This document shows, piece after piece, positions 60,730-64,000 of a stretch of 64,000 nucleotides of DNA. The notes under the pieces were generated by a model. The model was not told where the DNA came from. It worked only from the letters and a program-made list of their open reading frames with translations, and did no database searches. Source of the DNA: Sulfolobales archaeon (GTDB lineage: Archaea > Thermoproteota > Thermoprotei_A > Sulfolobales > AG1); the NCBI GenBank assembly GCA_038867615.1, contig JAWBYA010000005.1, forward strand, positions 1 to 64,000, given 5' to 3'. The first letter of the stretch is position 1. Each line of letters starts with the position of its first letter. Both the position numbers and the translations under genes were made by a program.

Positions 60730-61635
60730 GTGTTGGGATCCGGGGATGCTGTTATAGCCGAGGGTCTTGCGAAACAATACCCCGGCGGTGTTTGGGGGGC
60801 TAAGAGTGTGAGCTTCTCCTCAAACTATGGTGAACTGATCGTTATCCTAGGCCCCAACGGGGCTGGGAAGACTACCACTATAAACATGCTCACAACACTG
60901 ATCAAGCCCAGCAGTGGTAGGGGTCTTGTTGGTGGATATGATATCGTGGGTGAGCGTGATAAGGTGAGGAGGATCGTGGCCCTCATGCCACAAGACGCTA
61001 GTATGAGTAGTGATTGGACACCCTATGAGGCTGTCAAATGGTATCTCGTCGCAAGAGGCTTCAGTATCAGTGATGCTGGGAGGGAGGCTAGGATCTGGCT
61101 TGAAGAGATGGATCTATACGATGCTAGGAATAGACTCGGATGGTGGCTCAGTGGTGGTCAGAGGAAAAGGGTTCTCGCAGCTATGGTGCTCGCAACAAGA
61201 GCCCCAGTGATCTTTCTCGACGAGCCTACAAGTGGTGTTGATGTTGAGGGCAAGTATAAGGTTTGGAGCGCGATTAGAAGGGCCTGTAGAGATGCTAGGG
61301 CTGTGATATATACTACCCATGATATGAGGGAGGCTGAGCTTGTTGCTGATAAGGTTGTCATGATCGGTGAGGGTAGAACTATAGTTATTGGAAAACCAAA
61401 AGATCTAGTAGAGGGACTACCATTTAAATATAAGATTGTCTTGAGGGGTAAGGCTAACCATCCAGAGGGCTCGGTTGCAGAGCTGAGTGTGGGGGATATC
61501 ATGATAACATATTATAGGGATAGGAGCGATGCTATAAGAGCCCTGGATTCGATAGAGACTAGCGCCTCTATAGAGCCTGTATCGCTGGAGGATGCTTATC
61601 TATACTATGTAAAGATGAGGGGTGGGGGTAGATGA
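60730..61635 (+). CDS. ABC-2 type exporter ATP-binding protein
   Basis: GPNGAGKTT, LSGGQ, FLDEPTSG, TTH, SLEDAY. Confidence 0.95.
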   Translation: MLGSGDAVIAEGLAKQYPGGVWGAKSVSFSSNYGELIVILGPNGAGKTTTINMLTTLIKPSSGRGLVGGYDIVGERDKVRRIVALMPQDASMSSDWTPYEAVKWYLVARGFSISDAGREARIWLEEMDLYDARNRLGWWLSGGQRKRVLAAMVLATRAPVIFLDEPTSGVDVEGKYKVWSAIRRACRDARAVIYTTHDMREAELVADKVVMIGEGRTIVIGKPKDLVEGLPFKYKIVLRGKANHPEGSVAELSVGDIMITYYRDRSDAIRALDSIETSASIEPVSLEDAYLYYVKMRGGGR

Positions 61636-62363
61636 GCCCAATAGCGTTTCTAAGAGGAGTAATAGGTGTAGCTAGGCTTGAGGGCGCGTGGATTGTTAGA
61701 CAACCCTCATGGATGATCCAGGTAATATTGATCATGACGGGCTTCGTAGTACTCCTCTGGGCCTGGGGAGGTGTGAAGGGTCTGGGGTATATGATATCGG
61801 GCTGGATGATCGCCAGTGCTTTCTCCACAGGCGTAAACATAATGGGACAGATCGTTGGGTGGGGTAGGGTTACTAGGATTATTGATCTCTTCATAGTATC
61901 CCCCATAACCCCTATAGCCTACTTCACAGGCTCGCTGATCGGCAGCCTCGCTATATTCCTAGTAGACGTAACGATCTTCACATCAATAGGGCTCTTAACA
62001 GACTATCTCTCCCTAGTAATCTATAGCTTGATCGCCTCATTATTAGTGCTCCCAATAGGTGTTCTTCTAGGACTCTCAATAGTGTTTCGGGTGAAGAAGC
62101 CGACAAATATAAGCGCTATAACAAACCCCGTAGCCTCCATAATATCCTTCCTACCACCGGTCCTCTACCCAGCATCAATCCTGCCAGAGCCTTTGAATGT
62201 AATAGCATGCCTAGCACCAACAGCAGCCGGGGCTGAGCTTGCAAGAACTCTCAGCGGTCTCGGCTCTCCACTAGATCCCTTACTACTAACCGCTATATTG
62301 CTAGCATGGATAGCCATCCTGATCATACTATCCCGAAGGATCATCCTATGGTCTCTAGAATAA
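61632..62363 (+). CDS. ABC-2 type exporter permease
   Basis: Six TM helices, PVLYP..ILP motif; overlaps the ATPase gene. Confidence 0.88.
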   Translation: MSPIAFLRGVIGVARLEGAWIVRQPSWMIQVILIMTGFVVLLWAWGGVKGLGYMISGWMIASAFSTGVNIMGQIVGWGRVTRIIDLFIVSPITPIAYFTGSLIGSLAIFLVDVTIFTSIGLLTDYLSLVIYSLIASLLVLPIGVLLGLSIVFRVKKPTNISAITNPVASIISFLPPVLYPASILPEPLNVIACLAPTAAGAELARTLSGLGSPLDPLLLTAILLAWIAILIILSRRIILWSLE

Positions 62364-62410
62364 AACGCGAACCAGAAACAGAGATATAGACCCAAATAGC
62401 AATAATACAT

Positions 62411-62465
62411 AGATGAGGAGTTTTTCGGGGACCCGAGCGGTGAGGAAGCGGTTATCCACCGACTG
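62411..62465 (+). ncRNA. C/D box methylation-guide sRNA
   Basis: ATGAGGA (C) - 13 nt - CCGA (D') - GCG - GTGAGGA (C') - 12 nt - CCGA (D), canonical archaeal spacing. Confidence 0.75.
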
Positions 62466-62776
62466 CAAAGCAACCCTATCAAAGGTTAAATACCCCACCC
62501 ATGGGCAAACCCACGGTGGGAGAAAAGAAAAATAGCTCTATATATGAGGTGTCATCAAAAATCCCCAAACACTCCAATAATGCGCATATCATCAACCTCG
62601 CACGTATCACTCTAGTCTATTAATGGAATAAACCCCTACACAGCTGGTAAATAACACTACCCTAGATAGAGATCCGCGACCAAGTCCTATTTAGCTGACA
62701 ATGGTATAATCCCTAGTCGGGGGCTAGGTTAAAAACAACCAAGGATCCCAGAGATGCCCTTCTAGGCGATATAGCA

Positions 62777-63586
62777 TTGGCTCTCGTGCTAGCCCTCTTC
62801 TGGGGATCTACGTATCCTATTATAAGGATTGCTGGGAATCCCGATCTGATCCTTCTTGGGAGGTATGTTATATCCGCAGCTATATCGACGGCTATTCTCG
62901 TAAGATTCAGAAAAGATCTCGGTAACCAGGTTCGCACAAAGCTCTCAAAGATCCTCGCTTCTGGAGCAGGCAACATGGGTTTTGTTGTGTGTATGTACTA
63001 TGCCCTTCTCTATATACCCTCGGGTCCTGTGTCTGCCATAATATATACATATCCCCTCATAATCCTCCTCATATCTGGTCTCGCAGGCTACTCAGGGATA
63101 GGCTCTAAAACCGCTCTCGGCTCCCTAATAGCATTCGCTGGGGTTCTAACAATCTATGCTCCATCACAACTCGATATTGGTGGAACCCTCCTATCCCTTC
63201 TAGCAGCAGTGTTTTTCGCAGTATCTTCTGTGATTTCCTCCAGAATCCCCATAGATCTTGTAGTCCTCACAGCTATACAGAACATAATCGGACTCCCCAT
63301 AGCAGTGGCTATATATATTCTAGCAGGAGGAGGCTCTGAGGTCGGTATAACACACGTTATCGCTATAGTGCACCAGGGACTTGGAGCTTCTTTCCTAGCC
63401 TATATAGCTTGGTATAGACTTCTAACAAGATCCATAGGGGTTGCTTCCTCAATCGTCTATATGGTTCCAGCAGCCGCCTATATAATGGCTATACCAATAG
63501 CTCGCGAGACACCAACACTCTACCAGATCCTAGGACTAATCCTCGTGCTAATAGGAATATATATAGCTAGGAGAAGGGGATCTTAG
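62777..63586 (+). CDS. EamA/DMT family transporter
   Basis: ALFWGSTY, two EamA repeats, ~10 TM helices; start may lie slightly upstream. Confidence 0.9.
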   Translation: MALVLALFWGSTYPIIRIAGNPDLILLGRYVISAAISTAILVRFRKDLGNQVRTKLSKILASGAGNMGFVVCMYYALLYIPSGPVSAIIYTYPLIILLISGLAGYSGIGSKTALGSLIAFAGVLTIYAPSQLDIGGTLLSLLAAVFFAVSSVISSRIPIDLVVLTAIQNIIGLPIAVAIYILAGGGSEVGITHVIAIVHQGLGASFLAYIAWYRLLTRSIGVASSIVYMVPAAAYIMAIPIARETPTLYQILGLILVLIGIYIARRRGS

Positions 63587-63742
63587 ACAGCTAAGCCCGA
63601 ATCTAGGATCCATCACCTGGCTACACGGCAGGGCAGGATACATGGTTCTCAACACCAGATATAGTAAAAATCCTTATCCATCATATAGCCGATGAAAACA
63701 AGAAAACTAGTAGCAGAGTTAACACTCAAGATAAAGGAGTAT

Positions 63743-64000
63743 TTAGAATCTAACCGCGGGAGAGGTTTTTATATATCTATATCTCTCGTAGATCATCTCA
63801 ACGCCTCCCTGGAACTCTCGGAATGTCACCGGGATCCTTCTACCCATATCTACTACAAAGAACTCGTGCTCGTTCTCACCTATTTTATCCGGTATCAGTG
63901 GTATCTCGTAACCTGTATACTTGCCCGCAGAGATCATGTAGAGGATAGAGCCTCTCTTCTCAATCCTAACCCTTGTTGTGGATCTATATGTCTCGTAAAC
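63743..64000 (-). CDS. C-terminal part of a protein running off the window, resembling the Pab87-type serine hydrolase octamerisation domain
   Basis: Frame open to the edge: VYETYRSTTRVRIEKRGSILYM...IPLIP...PVTF...IYERYRYIK. Confidence 0.55.
   Translation of the reverse strand, partial: VYETYRSTTRVRIEKRGSILYMISAGKYTGYEIPLIPDKIGENEHEFFVVDMGRRIPVTFREFQGGVEMIYERYRYIKTSPAVRF

Noticed and set aside
617-62976. Numerous 60-190 aa ORFs antisense to or nested in recognised genes (e.g. 711-1160, 16504-17076, 39893-40411, 59586-60134)
   Set aside because: Shadow frames of real genes, with biased composition and no motifs
1-64000. CRISPR array or tRNA genes
   Set aside because: No regularly spaced 24-40 bp repeats and no cloverleaf with T-arm/D-arm consensus were seen; the GTTCGA at ~15979 is the antisense of 5S rRNA

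Overview
Gene-dense chromosomal segment that looks like a hyperthermophilic crenarchaeon (Thermoproteota). This is inferred from aCPSF1/FttA, the psmA-SBDS-rrp4-rrp41-rrp42 operon, rpoL, deoxyhypusine synthase, nurA-herA, a stand-alone 5S rRNA gene and TATA-box promoters. Most of it is housekeeping, transport and metabolism: a MoxR cluster, a peptide ABC transporter, icd, trxB and a Re-citrate-synthase-like enzyme. Three things stand out. (1) A two-gene operon at 53540-58930 encodes a PD-(D/E)xK nuclease fused to an SF2 helicase, followed by a divergent MID/PIWI-like protein lacking an obvious catalytic tetrad; it is a candidate new Argonaute-helicase-nuclease defence system, analogous to DdmDE or pPIWI-RE. 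(2) Two dispersed families of roughly 260-300 bp non-autonomous elements appear derived from tnpB 3' ends. In family A (16063-16358, 32246-32548) a conserved internal TATA box, covarying hairpins and GG termini suggest self-transcribed omegaRNA cassettes, and both copies supply the stop codon of a host gene. (3) There are unannotated small RNAs (a C/D box guide at about 62.4 kb and a GC-rich RNA at about 0.66 kb) and two genes that need non-canonical start codons. No CRISPR array or tRNA was recognised. All calls come from reading motifs by eye; no database searches were run.
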